NCBI GenBank assembly: GCA_050014195.1
Contig: JBEKDT010000020.1
Location: forward strand, 1 to 64,000
Reading direction: 5' to 3'
DNA from: Desulfomonilia bacterium
GTDB taxonomy: Bacteria > Desulfobacterota > Desulfomonilia > UBA1062
DNA length: 64,000 nucleotides
Part shown: positions 38,869 to 48,992 of the stretch, one piece after another
Numbering within the stretch: the first letter of the stretch is position 1
Layout of the letters: each line of letters begins with the position of its first letter
Made by a program: the position numbers and the translations under genes
The notes under the pieces: generated by a model
Told to the model about the DNA's origin: nothing
The model's input: the letters and a program-made list of their open reading frames with translations, nothing else
Databases searched by the model: none

Positions 38869-40521
38869 TCAGATCCCTGCATGGGTAAAAACCTGGGAGA
38901 TGAGGCTACGTGCGCCTTCCTGAAGCTGCTTTAGATGCCCCTGCCCCTTGAAGCTTTCCGCATAGATCTTATACACATCCTCGGTACCCGAGGGCCGTGC
39001 TGCAAACCACCCAGCCTCTGTGGCCACCTTGATCCCGCCGATGGGAGAACGGTTGGCAGGGGCTTCGTTCAGGATCTCGACAATCGGGTCGCCGGCAAGA
39101 TCCTTCTGGGTGATGATACCGGGAGAAAGCTTTCCCAGTACACTCTTCTGAGCCTGGGTCGCCTGGACATCGATACGCTCATAGACAAAAGCGCCGAACC
39201 TGGTCTCAAGATCCTTATAGAGCTCGTGGGGGTCCTTCCCCCGTATTGCCATCATCTCGGCAGCAAGAAGGTCCATGATGAAACCGTCCTTGTCCGTTGT
39301 CCATACCGTGCCGTCCATGCGCAGAAACGATGCACCGGCGCTCTCCTCCCCGCCAAAGCCTAAAGATCCGTCTATAAGACCCTTGACGAACCATTTGAAC
39401 CCCACAGGCACCTCAACGAGCGATCTGCCCAATTGATGAGTGACGCGGTCGATCATAGAGCTGCTTACCAGGGTCTTGCCGACAGAGGCATCCTTCCTCC
39501 ATTTTTCCCTGGTTGTAAAAAGGTATTCAATGGCAACCGAGAGGTAGTGGTTCGGATTCATGAGCCCGCCTGTCTTTGTAACAATGCCGTGCCGGTCAAA
39601 GTCGGGGTCGTTCCCGAAGGCGAGGTCGAAATTTTCTCTCAGACCGATGAGGCCTGCCATGGCATAGGGCGAAGAGCAGTCCATCCTGATCTTGCCGTCG
39701 TGGTCCACGGTCATGAAGCTGAAGGTCGGGTCGGCCTTGCCATGCATAAGCTCGATATCAAGCCCGTAACGCCCCGCTATGTGAGGCCAGAAGGCGAAAC
39801 CCGAGCCGCCAAGTGCGTCTGCGCCAAGCCTAAGTCCGGCCGAAGATACGGCATCCATGTTGATGATACTGGAGAGCCCTTCCACATACGGGCCGATATA
39901 ATCATACACAGTCGTGGTGGGCGCCTTGATGGCCCGCTCAAAGGGTATGCGCCTCACTTGGGCATTATGGCCTTCGAGAAGCTCATTGGCCCTTCGGGCA
40001 ATCCATGCGGTGATATTCGTGTCCGCAGGTCCTCCCTCGGGCGGGTTGTACTTAAAACCCCCGTCTTCGGGCGGGTTGTGGGACGGAGTGACCACGATGC
40101 CGTCTGCAAAAGAACTTTTCCTGCCTCTATTATAATCAAGGATGGCATGTGATATCACAGGCGTAGGGGTGAACCCCCCGCCCTCGGCGATCATGACTGT
40201 TACGGCATTTGCTGCAAGGACCTCCAGTGCCGTCCGGAAGGCCGGCTCGGAGAGTGCATGGGTATCCTTGCCCAGGAAAAGCGGGCCGTCGATGGACAGC
40301 TCTTTCTTATAGTCGCAGAGGGCCTGGGTAATGGCGAGGATATGGTCCTCATTAAAACTGTACTGGAGGGAAGAGCCCCGGTGGCCGGAAGTGCCGAATG
40401 ACACCCGGTGGCTGGAAACAGTCGGGTCAGGATGAAATGAATAGTAGGCATCATTGAGTGCCTCTACATTCACAAGCATCTCAGATGGTGCCGGCTTGCC
40501 CGCAAGATGATGCACTCCCAT
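38869..40521 (-). CDS. pgm: Phosphoglucomutase (alpha-D-glucose-1,6-bisphosphate-dependent)
   Basis: FGTSGHRGSS, TPSHNPP, NDPDFDRHG, GGEESAG, ARPSGTE. Confidence 0.95.
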   Translation of the reverse strand: MGVHHLAGKPAPSEMLVNVEALNDAYYSFHPDPTVSSHRVSFGTSGHRGSSLQYSFNEDHILAITQALCDYKKELSIDGPLFLGKDTHALSEPAFRTALEVLAANAVTVMIAEGGGFTPTPVISHAILDYNRGRKSSFADGIVVTPSHNPPEDGGFKYNPPEGGPADTNITAWIARRANELLEGHNAQVRRIPFERAIKAPTTTVYDYIGPYVEGLSSIINMDAVSSAGLRLGADALGGSGFAFWPHIAGRYGLDIELMHGKADPTFSFMTVDHDGKIRMDCSSPYAMAGLIGLRENFDLAFGNDPDFDRHGIVTKTGGLMNPNHYLSVAIEYLFTTREKWRKDASVGKTLVSSSMIDRVTHQLGRSLVEVPVGFKWFVKGLIDGSLGFGGEESAGASFLRMDGTVWTTDKDGFIMDLLAAEMMAIRGKDPHELYKDLETRFGAFVYERIDVQATQAQKSVLGKLSPGIITQKDLAGDPIVEILNEAPANRSPIGGIKVATEAGWFAARPSGTEDVYKIYAESFKGQGHLKQLQEGARSLISQVFTHAGI

Positions 40522-40583
40522 ATGAGGATTTACCCCCTCGGTGATTTTTTCATGGCATGCATGGGCCGTTCTACCAACAATAA

Positions 40584-40700
40584 GTAGGGAACGGTCGCGA
40601 CCGTTTCTTTTTATATTAACTCTCTTATATTAACTGATAATAGAGGCCGGGGGAAGTCTTAGATTGCACAAAAAGGGAACGATCGCGATTGTTCCCTACA
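40584..40700. repeat. Inverted pair of GTAG REP-like palindromes
   Basis: gtagggaacggtcgcgaccgtttc ... agggaacgatcgcgattgttccctac. Confidence 0.65.
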
Positions 40701-40714
40701 CATCGCATTCATAC

Positions 40715-40744
40715 TTGACAACTACTAGACGACCGGTCTATTAA
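40715..40744 (+). promoter_or_regulatory. Promoter with TetR operator TAGAC-N5-GTCTA
   Basis: TTGACA 40715-20; palindrome tagacgaccggtcta 40726-40740 overlapping the spacer and -10. Confidence 0.65.
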
Positions 40745-40767
40745 GTGAATTCTCAGAGGTTCCATCC

Positions 40768-41358
40768 ATGGCAAAGGATACCACCAAGCTTTCCATTATC
40801 AAACATGGCGCTCGCCTGGTGCATGCTAAGGGATACAACAATACCGGCCTGTCCGACATCCTTCGCTCAGCAGGGGTCCCCAAGGGATCGTTCTACTTCT
40901 ACTTCAAGAACAAGGATGACTTTGGTCTCGCCATCATTGACCACTACTGGGAATTTATTGCCGGCATGGGTGAAACATATCTTGGCGACACAAGCAAACC
41001 TCCCTTAGAAAGGCTTTCCAACTTTATAGATGCCTACCAGGATCTCTTCGAGAAGATGAGGCTGCGCTGCGGATGCCCCATCGGAAACCTTATGCAGGAG
41101 ATGAGCGACTTGAGCGATGCCTTCAGGGAGAAGATCGATGCTATCTACTCAAACATGAAAGCCCTTTTGCAGCAATGTCTTGCTGAGGCGCAAGAGAGAG
41201 GGGATATCTCCGTGGACATCGATCCGGCACGGACCGCCCAGTTCATCCTCAACAGCTGGGAAGGTGCCATCATGCATATGAAGCTTGTGAAAGACAACGA
41301 GCCTTTGAAGGTTTTTAAGCAAATGATCTTTGAGCGCATCTTGAAAAAGGGAATTTAG
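40768..41358 (+). CDS. TetR family regulator (NemR/LmrA-like)
   Basis: GYNNTGLSDILRSAGVPKGSFYFYFKNK, GCPIGNL, WEGA. Confidence 0.92.
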   Translation: MAKDTTKLSIIKHGARLVHAKGYNNTGLSDILRSAGVPKGSFYFYFKNKDDFGLAIIDHYWEFIAGMGETYLGDTSKPPLERLSNFIDAYQDLFEKMRLRCGCPIGNLMQEMSDLSDAFREKIDAIYSNMKALLQQCLAEAQERGDISVDIDPARTAQFILNSWEGAIMHMKLVKDNEPLKVFKQMIFERILKKGI

Positions 41359-41370
41359 GGAGGGAATAAA

Positions 41371-43608
41371 ATGGGCGAATGGAAAAAGACGGGCTGTGTG
41401 CTCTGTGCACAGAACTGTGGGCTTGAAGTGCTGGTAGAGGACAACCGGATCACCAAGGTAAAGGGCGACAAGGACAACCCCCGCTCCAAAGGCTATGTCT
41501 GCCGCAAGGGCGCCAACATCGCCTTTCATCAGCATCACAAGGACAGGCTGACCCATCCCCTTAAGCGTGTGGGAGACAAATTCGAACGTATCACATGGGA
41601 TACGGCAATCAGCGAGATCGCCGGCAGACTTAAGGAAATCGTCGGGACATACGGACCGAAAGCATATGCCTATATGGGCGGAGGCGGCCAGGGCTGCCAT
41701 TTCGATGCAGCCTTCGGGGTAAGGCTCATGCGGGCGCTGGGTTCACGCTATCACTACAGCCCGCTTGCCCAGGAACTCACCGGCATATTCTGGGCCAGCG
41801 GCAGATTAACAGGCAGGCAGTACCTGTTCGGTATACCCGACGAGCACAGATCCGACATGCTGCTCGCCATCGGGTGGAACGGCATGCAGAGCCACCAGAT
41901 GCCCAGGGCTCCCCTTGTACTCAAGGAGTTTTCCAAAGACCCGGACAAGCTGCTCGTTGTCATTGACCCGAGGCGCTCCGAGACGGCGGAGATCGCCGAC
42001 ATCCACCTGGCTATCCGGCCCGGTACGGACGCCCTGCTCGCCCGTGCCATGATAGCTATTATCATCCAGGAAGGCTGGTACAATAAAGAATACATTGATC
42101 AGCATGTGAGCGGTTTTGCAGAGATCGAGCCGTGGTTTAAGGGGTTCGATGCAAGGAAGGCCATTGAGATCTGCGAACTCGACTACGACCGGATTCGCGA
42201 GGTGTGCAGGCTGCTGGCCACCAGGAAATGGTGCATGCATCCCGACCTCGGGGTTTACATGAACCGCCACAGCACTGCCGCCACATATCTCTACCTCATC
42301 TTGAGCACCATCTGCGGCAGGTTCTGTGTGCCCGGCGGCAACGTAATCCCGGGCCACCTCATGCCTTTGGGGGCGCATACGGACGAGCGCAACCCAAAGA
42401 CCTGGCGTACCGTAACGACCGGCTTCCCGGCACTCATGGGGGTATTCCCGCCGAATGTGCTTCCCGAAGAGATCATGGGCGACCATCCGGACAGGACCAG
42501 GGCCGTGCTCTGCTGCCAGTCGAATCCGCTGCGCTCCTATGCGGACACCACAGCCTACGAAGAGGCCTTCAGGAAGCTCGATCTGCTGGTCACCTGCGAG
42601 CTGGCCATGACCGAAACAGCGGCACTCTCACACTATGTCCTGCCCGCGATGTCGGGCTATGAATCCTGGGACGGCACCTTCTTCACCTGGACCTTCCCCG
42701 AAATCTACTTTCAGATGAGACGGCCTGTTGTGGAGCCTGTAGGAGAACCACTCCACCTGAGCGAGATCCTGGTACGGCTCGCAGATGCACTCGGCATTAT
42801 CCCTGCTATCCCGCAGTCCCTGTCCGATGCAGCTTCGAAGGACCGCATGACCTATGGCATGGAGCTCATGAAGTTTGTCCAGGAAAACCCGGCCGCCCTC
42901 GGGGATATGCCCTACATCCTTGCCAAGACCCTGGGCAGGACCCTTGGATCGCCGAATCTTGCAGCGCTCTGGGGCCTGCTCCAGGCCGCCCCGAAGAGCT
43001 TCCGCAAGGCGGCGGCCCGCGCAGGGTTCACCCCCGGCATCACCCTGGGAGAGGAGGTCTTCCAGTCCATACTCGACCACCCGGAAGGGGTCATCATCGG
43101 GAAGGCCGATACGGATGATAATTTCGCCATGCTGGCCACCGATGACGGCCGCATCCACATCCACATCCCCGAAATGGAGGAATGGGTCAAAGGCATCGAA
43201 CCTGCATCCGAAGAGGCATCGCTCCGGCCCGACCCGGCCTACCCGCTCATCCTCCAGGCAGGCCGCCACATGAGCATGAACGCCAACACCATCATGCGCG
43301 ATCCTGCATGGAACCAGGGCAAACGGGCATGCACCCTGGCCATGCACCCTGAAGATGCAGCAATCTTGAGCCTGACAGACGGTCAGAGGGTACGCATCGT
43401 GACCGAGGCCAGCCGGGCCGAGATCGAACTGGAGCTGACACCTGCCACCCGCAAGGGCCAGGTGATCATCCCCCACGGGTTCGGACTGGTACACGACGGC
43501 AAGACCTACGGTGCGAATGTGAACCGCCTCACCAAGAACACCTACCGGGACAAGTTTGCAGGCACACCGCTGCACCGGTACGTGAGATGCCGGGTCGAGG
43601 CGGTATGA
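41371..43608 (+). CDS. Molybdopterin-dependent oxidoreductase with N-terminal 4Fe-4S cluster
   Basis: CVLCAQNCG...GYVCRKG, VIDPRRSETA, IRPGTDA, C-terminal MHPEDA dinucleotide-binding domain. Confidence 0.92.
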   Translation: MGEWKKTGCVLCAQNCGLEVLVEDNRITKVKGDKDNPRSKGYVCRKGANIAFHQHHKDRLTHPLKRVGDKFERITWDTAISEIAGRLKEIVGTYGPKAYAYMGGGGQGCHFDAAFGVRLMRALGSRYHYSPLAQELTGIFWASGRLTGRQYLFGIPDEHRSDMLLAIGWNGMQSHQMPRAPLVLKEFSKDPDKLLVVIDPRRSETAEIADIHLAIRPGTDALLARAMIAIIIQEGWYNKEYIDQHVSGFAEIEPWFKGFDARKAIEICELDYDRIREVCRLLATRKWCMHPDLGVYMNRHSTAATYLYLILSTICGRFCVPGGNVIPGHLMPLGAHTDERNPKTWRTVTTGFPALMGVFPPNVLPEEIMGDHPDRTRAVLCCQSNPLRSYADTTAYEEAFRKLDLLVTCELAMTETAALSHYVLPAMSGYESWDGTFFTWTFPEIYFQMRRPVVEPVGEPLHLSEILVRLADALGIIPAIPQSLSDAASKDRMTYGMELMKFVQENPAALGDMPYILAKTLGRTLGSPNLAALWGLLQAAPKSFRKAAARAGFTPGITLGEEVFQSILDHPEGVIIGKADTDDNFAMLATDDGRIHIHIPEMEEWVKGIEPASEEASLRPDPAYPLILQAGRHMSMNANTIMRDPAWNQGKRACTLAMHPEDAAILSLTDGQRVRIVTEASRAEIELELTPATRKGQVIIPHGFGLVHDGKTYGANVNRLTKNTYRDKFAGTPLHRYVRCRVEAV

Positions 43609-43616
43609 ATTTTTAT

Positions 43617-43710
43617 CCCCCCTCACCCCACTCTCTATGGGGGCGAGGAAAATCAATTGAGACACATTCCCCTCTCCCCATCCCATGGGGAGAGGGCCTT
43701 CGGTGAGGGG
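43617..43710. repeat. Nested palindromic intergenic repeat (ccctcacc...ccctctccc/gggagaggg...ggtgaggg)
   Basis: Outer cccctcacc/ggtgagggg arms and inner ccctctccccat/atggggagaggg stem. Confidence 0.65.
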
Positions 43711-43732
43711 TCCATTATTAAGGAGAAGACAT

Positions 43733-44302
43733 ATGAACATAGGACCATACGGTTTTGATGAATTCATGGAAAAGGTGAAGGCGTTCCACGGCAGCATAGC
43801 ACCGGGGATCGTGGCAGGAGGAATCATGGTGGATATTGCTAAGGCCAACCTACCCGATGGCGAGTTCTTCGACGTTATCTGTGAGAGCCAGCATTGTCTG
43901 CCCGATGCCGTGCAGCTCCTTACCCAGTGCACCATCGGCAACCGCTGGCTCAAGATTGTCGACACAAGCCGCTATGCGCTTACCTTCTACAACAAGTATA
44001 CAGGCGAAGGCATCCGGGTATACCTCGATGCAAAAAAACTAAAGGACTGGCCTGCCATTAAAGCATGGTTCCTGAAGGAGAAACCGAAGAAAGACCAGGA
44101 CCAGCAGCAGGTCCTCGATGAGTTCCACAGGGCGGGTACGGGCATCTACAGTACATTGAAAGTCATTGTGAAGCCCTCATACATAACCTCTCCAGGTAAA
44201 AAACGTTCCGGGATCGCATTGTGCACTTCCTGCGGCGAGGCCTATCGGACGAATCTTGGAGAGACTTGCCCGGCATGCCAGGGGAAAGGGCCCTTTGTGT
44301 AA
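43733..44302 (+). CDS. FmdE family protein with C-terminal zinc finger
   Basis: FHGSIAPG, CLPDAVQLLTQCTIGN, CTSCGEAY...CPACQG. Confidence 0.88.
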   Translation: MNIGPYGFDEFMEKVKAFHGSIAPGIVAGGIMVDIAKANLPDGEFFDVICESQHCLPDAVQLLTQCTIGNRWLKIVDTSRYALTFYNKYTGEGIRVYLDAKKLKDWPAIKAWFLKEKPKKDQDQQQVLDEFHRAGTGIYSTLKVIVKPSYITSPGKKRSGIALCTSCGEAYRTNLGETCPACQGKGPFV

Positions 44303-44343
44303 AAGTATTATTGACAGAGAGCACCCACGGCGGTGCTACGTGT

Positions 44344-44370
44344 ATAGGGCGACCCTCCGGGTCGCCCTAT
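44344..44370. repeat. REP-like hairpin/terminator between convergent genes
   Basis: atagggcgaccc-tcc-gggtcgccctat. Confidence 0.6.
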
Positions 44371-44456
44371 GTTTTCAATACATGATTAATCTTCTCCGGC
44401 GCAGTAATACTTTTGCGTGATTGGCTTCGTAGTGCATTACCAATCCTTCAGAAGAG

Positions 44457-44786
44457 TTAGAAGCGACGTCTGCCGCCGCCGCCTCCACCACCGCCACCGC
44501 CAGGCCTTCTGCCTCTGTCACCACCGCCTCCGCCGCGATTGTCGGCACGCGGACGGGCTTCATTGACATTGATTGCCCGTCCTTTCAATTCTTTGCCGTT
44601 CAATCCGGCGATGGCAGCCTGGGCAGCGGCCTTGGCTGGCATTTCCACAAAACCGAAGCCTCGTGAATCACCGCTGAATTTATCGCGAATCACATTGGCG
44701 GATGTTACCTCACCGAACGCCTGAAACGCCTGTTGCAGATCCTCATTGGTAACATCGCGTGACAGATTTCCTACAAAGATATTCAT
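44457..44786 (-). CDS. RRM (RNP-1) RNA-binding protein with Gly-rich tail
   Basis: IFVGNL, SRGFGFVEM, NVNEARPR. Confidence 0.95.
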   Translation of the reverse strand: MNIFVGNLSRDVTNEDLQQAFQAFGEVTSANVIRDKFSGDSRGFGFVEMPAKAAAQAAIAGLNGKELKGRAINVNEARPRADNRGGGGGDRGRRPGGGGGGGGGGRRRF

Positions 44787-45031
44787 GTGACCTCCAATTT
44801 TTTTGTGTTGACCTCTTGATCTTCACCGGGAGTCTACTGAGGGTTCCTAAGATGTGCCGCCTTTAGGCCTCCGAAGAAGTCACCTATTATTATACTCTCA
44901 GCTTTCTGGTGATTCAATATAAACTCATCATCTTTTTTTAAATCTTTAATTTTATGGCATCACCTCCAGTTTTTGTTACTATATATACATAGATTTGTGA
45001 CCCCTTATTACAATAACGCGAAGGCATTAAG

Positions 45032-45667
45032 ATGGGCTATTACAAGCAACCGATTGTGAACGGTCATAAAGAGGCGGACTTGAACCTCATCATGGATGAA
45101 AATCATTTAAACACTCTATCCATCATCTTACAGCAGGGTTTTCTCCTGAAGGCTCAGGTAGGATGCTCCATGAAAAGGTTTCTCATCGAGGGTATCGGAT
45201 TAAGTCCTGAATATATCGCTGAAAGGATACAGACGATCTTTCTTGATGGAAGTCCTGTTGATGATCTCGATTCGGCAATCATCAAGGATGGATCTCATCT
45301 GGCCCTTTCAGCGGCCATGCCGGGGCTGGTAGGGGCCGCCATGAGGCGTGGCGGGGTCTACTCTTCTCTGAGGAATTCCATTACCTATCAGGAAACAGGA
45401 GAGCAGGGTATTCTTAAGGAAGGATCTGTTACTATAAAACTCTTCAATCTCCTCATGAAAGACCTGGGGCCGTACTTTCTTAAAAAAGGAATCTTTATAC
45501 CATCTCCGGATCTTGCAGCATACTTCTCCAAACAGACGGAAAGTTTCTGGAAAGGATGCAAGGGGATTTTTTTCAATGGGAAGCCGCTTGTCAAAGACGT
45601 GTTGCTCAAAGGAAAGATCTTATTACCATATGCACTGATACATATATCCGTCAGGACTGAGTCCTAA
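45032..45667 (+). CDS. Hypothetical protein (ubiquitin-like/MoaD-like core)
   Basis: IQTIFLDGSPVDD...DGSHLALSAAMPGLVGA; start uncertain. Confidence 0.6.
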   Translation: MGYYKQPIVNGHKEADLNLIMDENHLNTLSIILQQGFLLKAQVGCSMKRFLIEGIGLSPEYIAERIQTIFLDGSPVDDLDSAIIKDGSHLALSAAMPGLVGAAMRRGGVYSSLRNSITYQETGEQGILKEGSVTIKLFNLLMKDLGPYFLKKGIFIPSPDLAAYFSKQTESFWKGCKGIFFNGKPLVKDVLLKGKILLPYALIHISVRTES

Positions 45668-45730
45668 GAAACAGCAATATCCTGTAACCTTAACCCGTGA
45701 ATAGATTTTTTACTTGATATGTCGGACTCC

Positions 45731-46549
45731 CTATAATTTAAGCGTTTCCATATCCATATCCAGTATATTGAAAAAGAGCATCCGCCGGGTAAGACATTTC
45801 CCCATGCCGAGCAGGACCTTGCAGACTTCAGCTGCCTGAAGGCTCGCTATGAGTGCAGGTGAAAAAGCAGGATTTCCCAGGTCCTTCTCTATGCCTTCCT
45901 CGCCTGAATAATCCTGATATATCTCCCGGATAGTATGCTCACCAGGCATCTGGGTTGTTACCTGCCCATACCAGCCGCCTATGGAACCATGGATAATCGG
46001 GATGCCCGTATTACTGCAGACCTCCCCTAACTGGATTCTCACGGGTATGCTGTCCAGACCATCCACCACGACCTGTACACCCTTGAGCATCTCCGGCCCC
46101 TTTTCCTTCGAGAATGCATCTCTCACTGGAACGACCTCAACCGCAGGATTTATCTCCCGGATTCTGGTCAGGGCGACATCGACCTTTGCCATGCCAAAGA
46201 CATTGATCGTGCATAATATCTGACGGTTAAGATTATGTTCTTCAAAGCTGTCAGGGTCGATGACAGTCATCTTCCCGATACCAATCCTGGCCAACCCCTC
46301 AATGGCGCATCCCCCCAATCCCCCACATCCGATGACAGCCACATGACTCTTCAGTAATGTCGCCTGATCGGCAAGGGAGAGGGTGTTTCGATTTTTCTGG
46401 TAACGCCCCGGCATTATTCCTGCCGCCAGCGCTGTAAGCTCAACTTCCTGATAGGTAAGGGAGAACTCCTGTGCGGCCTGCTCTTCCACAACCCAGGTGA
46501 GTATACCGTCCTGGGTATGGGTTATGAGAAAATCATGGATCTTGTCCAC
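45731..46549 (-). CDS. HesA/MoeB/ThiF family adenylyltransferase
   Basis: VIGCGGLG, DPDSFEEHNLNRQ, VVDGLDS; GTG start just after the MoaD stop. Confidence 0.9.
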   Translation of the reverse strand: MDKIHDFLITHTQDGILTWVVEEQAAQEFSLTYQEVELTALAAGIMPGRYQKNRNTLSLADQATLLKSHVAVIGCGGLGGCAIEGLARIGIGKMTVIDPDSFEEHNLNRQILCTINVFGMAKVDVALTRIREINPAVEVVPVRDAFSKEKGPEMLKGVQVVVDGLDSIPVRIQLGEVCSNTGIPIIHGSIGGWYGQVTTQMPGEHTIREIYQDYSGEEGIEKDLGNPAFSPALIASLQAAEVCKVLLGMGKCLTRRMLFFNILDMDMETLKL

Positions 46550-46550
46550 A

Positions 46551-46775
46551 TCACCCTCCCCCGATGGGTGGGAATAGGGCCAGGGTGTCGCCATCTGCAA
46601 GCAGATCTTCCAAGGAGGCATGCCGGCCGTTCACAAAGACAAGCCTTATCTCCTTTTCCGGTATGCCGATGTCCCGTACGATACTCCTGCCGGTTATTCC
46701 CGAGGCATATACCCGGGTATCTTCGTCAAACCGGCCTTTACGCAGACTGGCAAAGAGTTTTACCGTGATGGGCAT
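46551..46775 (-). CDS. MoaD/ThiS sulfur carrier protein
   Basis: VKLFASLR...FVNG...LFPPIGGG C-terminus. Confidence 0.92.
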   Translation of the reverse strand: MPITVKLFASLRKGRFDEDTRVYASGITGRSIVRDIGIPEKEIRLVFVNGRHASLEDLLADGDTLALFPPIGGG

Positions 46776-46841
46776 TGCATATTTATATACACCTGCACGG
46801 AAGAGTCTTCAATGGCTCTTCCGTGCAGTTTATCAAGGCTT

Positions 46842-48578
46842 CTACCAGTTATAGACCTTGTCGAGATCTTCGTCCTTTACCTTGAAGGTCACGTTGTGGG
46901 GCGCGATGGGCTGGGTTTTGAAATAACCGGGCAGGCGGTCCTGCTGGCTGGTAAAACCGGCCCTCTTGTTGAAATCCCTTTCCATGCTCAGGACCTTCTT
47001 CCCATACTCCGCCACGTTATCAGCGGTAAAGCTAAGCCCTAAGCAGGAATTCAGGAGATCGAGGTAGGCCTGGAAGGTTTCGGGCTGGTCCAGGATCGCA
47101 AAGGCGATGAACAGGCACATGCCTGTCGAGTCGATAAATGCAGTTGCGATCTGGAGGTTACGGGAAAGCTCGACCTGGCCCTCGGGTTTCAAAGGATCGA
47201 CAAACCCGCCCACCTTGAGGATGTTGGTGGCCACTGCATACCCTGCCGTGTGATCAGCCCCCATGGTGGTTGTGGCATAGGTAACCCCCATTCCTTCGAC
47301 CGCTCGCGGGTCATATGCAGGCATGGCCTGGCCCTTTACGACCGGGACCCGCTCAACACCGAAGATCTTGCCTGTCACCGCCGCACCGCTCCCGATGATC
47401 CTTCCCAACGGCGTCCCTTGACCGATTTCCTTAACCAGTTTGACGGCTGCGTCTGCATCACCGAATTTCAACAGGCCGGCCTCCATTGCAACACCGATGG
47501 TGACACCGGTCTCAATGGTATCCAGGCCGATGTTGTCTTCGAGGAAATCCATCATGGCGATCTTGTCCATATCATCGATGCCGCAATGACCGCCGTGCGC
47601 CCATACCGTTTCATACTCGGGCTGCTTGGTAAGATAATGGCCGTCTTTATCGTGATAGGTACCGGAGCAGCGGATAACGCACCCCCGATGGCAGCCGTGG
47701 GTCGCAAGACCTCCCCGTTCGGTTTCCAAGGCTGCTTCCGTTTCACCGCTTATCTTTGAAGCACCCGCAAACCTGCCTTCCTTGAAATTATACGTGGGGT
47801 AACCGCCTGCCTCGTTCAGGATGTTGGTGAGGACATTGGTCCCATAGGCAGGAAGACCCTGGCCGGTAACGCTATGTTTCTTGAGACCATCCGTGAATTC
47901 CTTGTTGGCCTTTTTGAATTTGTCAGGGTCCTTGGGCTGGCGCATTGGCATTCCCGTATCATCGAGCACGATCACCTTGACGCCTTTGGAGCCCATGACC
48001 GCACCTACCCCGCCTCGTCCTGCATGGCGGGTCGGCCGCAGTTCCATGTCCGTACAGGCGACAGAGGATGCAGCAAGTTTCATCTCACCTGCAGGGCCGA
48101 TGGATATACAGGCGATCTTGTCGCCGTATTCGGCCTTCATCTTTTCCACCAGGTCATAATTGAGCATCATCTTCAGGCTGTTGTCCGGGGTTATCGTGAC
48201 CCCATCCTTATTGATAAATATCCTGTACAAGTCATTGGCTTTGGATGCGCCTTCCAGGATGATTGCTGCAAAACCGAGGCGAGCGAGAACCTGGGCAGGT
48301 TGACCTCCGGAATTCGCCTCCTTGATCCCGCCCGTAAGAGGGCTCTTGCAGCCAACCGATAACCTGCCGGACATGGCTGCCGCCGTCCCGCTCAGGAGGC
48401 CCGGCGCTATGACGAGCTTGTTGTCTGCGCTCAAGGGGTGGCATTCCGGCGGCACTTCTTTCGATATGACCGCTGATGTCAGAGCCCTTCCCCCTAATCC
48501 GGCATATTCCCCGATGGGTACCGCCTTCGCCTTTGGACCGCCTGCTGCACCCATATCTATCCTTAAGATCTTGTCCAT
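46842..48578 (-). CDS. aor: Aldehyde:ferredoxin oxidoreductase (tungsten-pterin)
   Basis: KSPLTGGIKEANSGG, AGRGGVGAVMGSK, PEYET, GLDTIE, AYDPR, GADHT. Confidence 0.93.
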   Translation of the reverse strand: MDKILRIDMGAAGGPKAKAVPIGEYAGLGGRALTSAVISKEVPPECHPLSADNKLVIAPGLLSGTAAAMSGRLSVGCKSPLTGGIKEANSGGQPAQVLARLGFAAIILEGASKANDLYRIFINKDGVTITPDNSLKMMLNYDLVEKMKAEYGDKIACISIGPAGEMKLAASSVACTDMELRPTRHAGRGGVGAVMGSKGVKVIVLDDTGMPMRQPKDPDKFKKANKEFTDGLKKHSVTGQGLPAYGTNVLTNILNEAGGYPTYNFKEGRFAGASKISGETEAALETERGGLATHGCHRGCVIRCSGTYHDKDGHYLTKQPEYETVWAHGGHCGIDDMDKIAMMDFLEDNIGLDTIETGVTIGVAMEAGLLKFGDADAAVKLVKEIGQGTPLGRIIGSGAAVTGKIFGVERVPVVKGQAMPAYDPRAVEGMGVTYATTTMGADHTAGYAVATNILKVGGFVDPLKPEGQVELSRNLQIATAFIDSTGMCLFIAFAILDQPETFQAYLDLLNSCLGLSFTADNVAEYGKKVLSMERDFNKRAGFTSQQDRLPGYFKTQPIAPHNVTFKVKDEDLDKVYNW

Positions 48579-48833
48579 ACCTGAACCTCGCCTTTAGGAA
48601 TTTGATAAGTTCTATATTAATTGCATAATATCCAAATGCAACGGTGAAATCGGGAATAATTATGATTTTTGATTATATTATGCTTGATAGAGCAGATTAT
48701 AATCCGATTTTGTTATTTTTTGTTATTTTTTTCTTGCTTCTGAATCCTTAATCGATATTTTCTGGCTGGTATCAATTCATTAATCATCTTAAGATCGTGT
48801 ATCCGAACGACAAAGGATTTTTCATGCAGGATC

Positions 48834-48992
48834 TCAGTACGTGGCCCCGCCCTCGTCGTAGATCCTTCTCAGGAGCTCCCGGTCTACCGTTGAACCGTCA
48901 ACAAAATGGTTGGGCTCAGCACCGCAATAGGGACAGTTGGAATCAGGATCTGTAATTATCTCCCCGCAAATACCGCACACGATTTCTTTCAT
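48834..48992 (-). CDS. Small zinc-ribbon/rubredoxin-like protein (52 aa)
   Basis: MKEIVCGICGE...NCPYCGA; SD aggagagg; missed by the ORF track. Confidence 0.7.
   Translation of the reverse strand: MKEIVCGICGEIITDPDSNCPYCGAEPNHFVDGSTVDRELLRRIYDEGGATY

Noticed and set aside
42628-43965. 445-aa minus-strand ORF
   Set aside because: Antisense shadow of the molybdopterin oxidoreductase and FmdE genes; no motifs.
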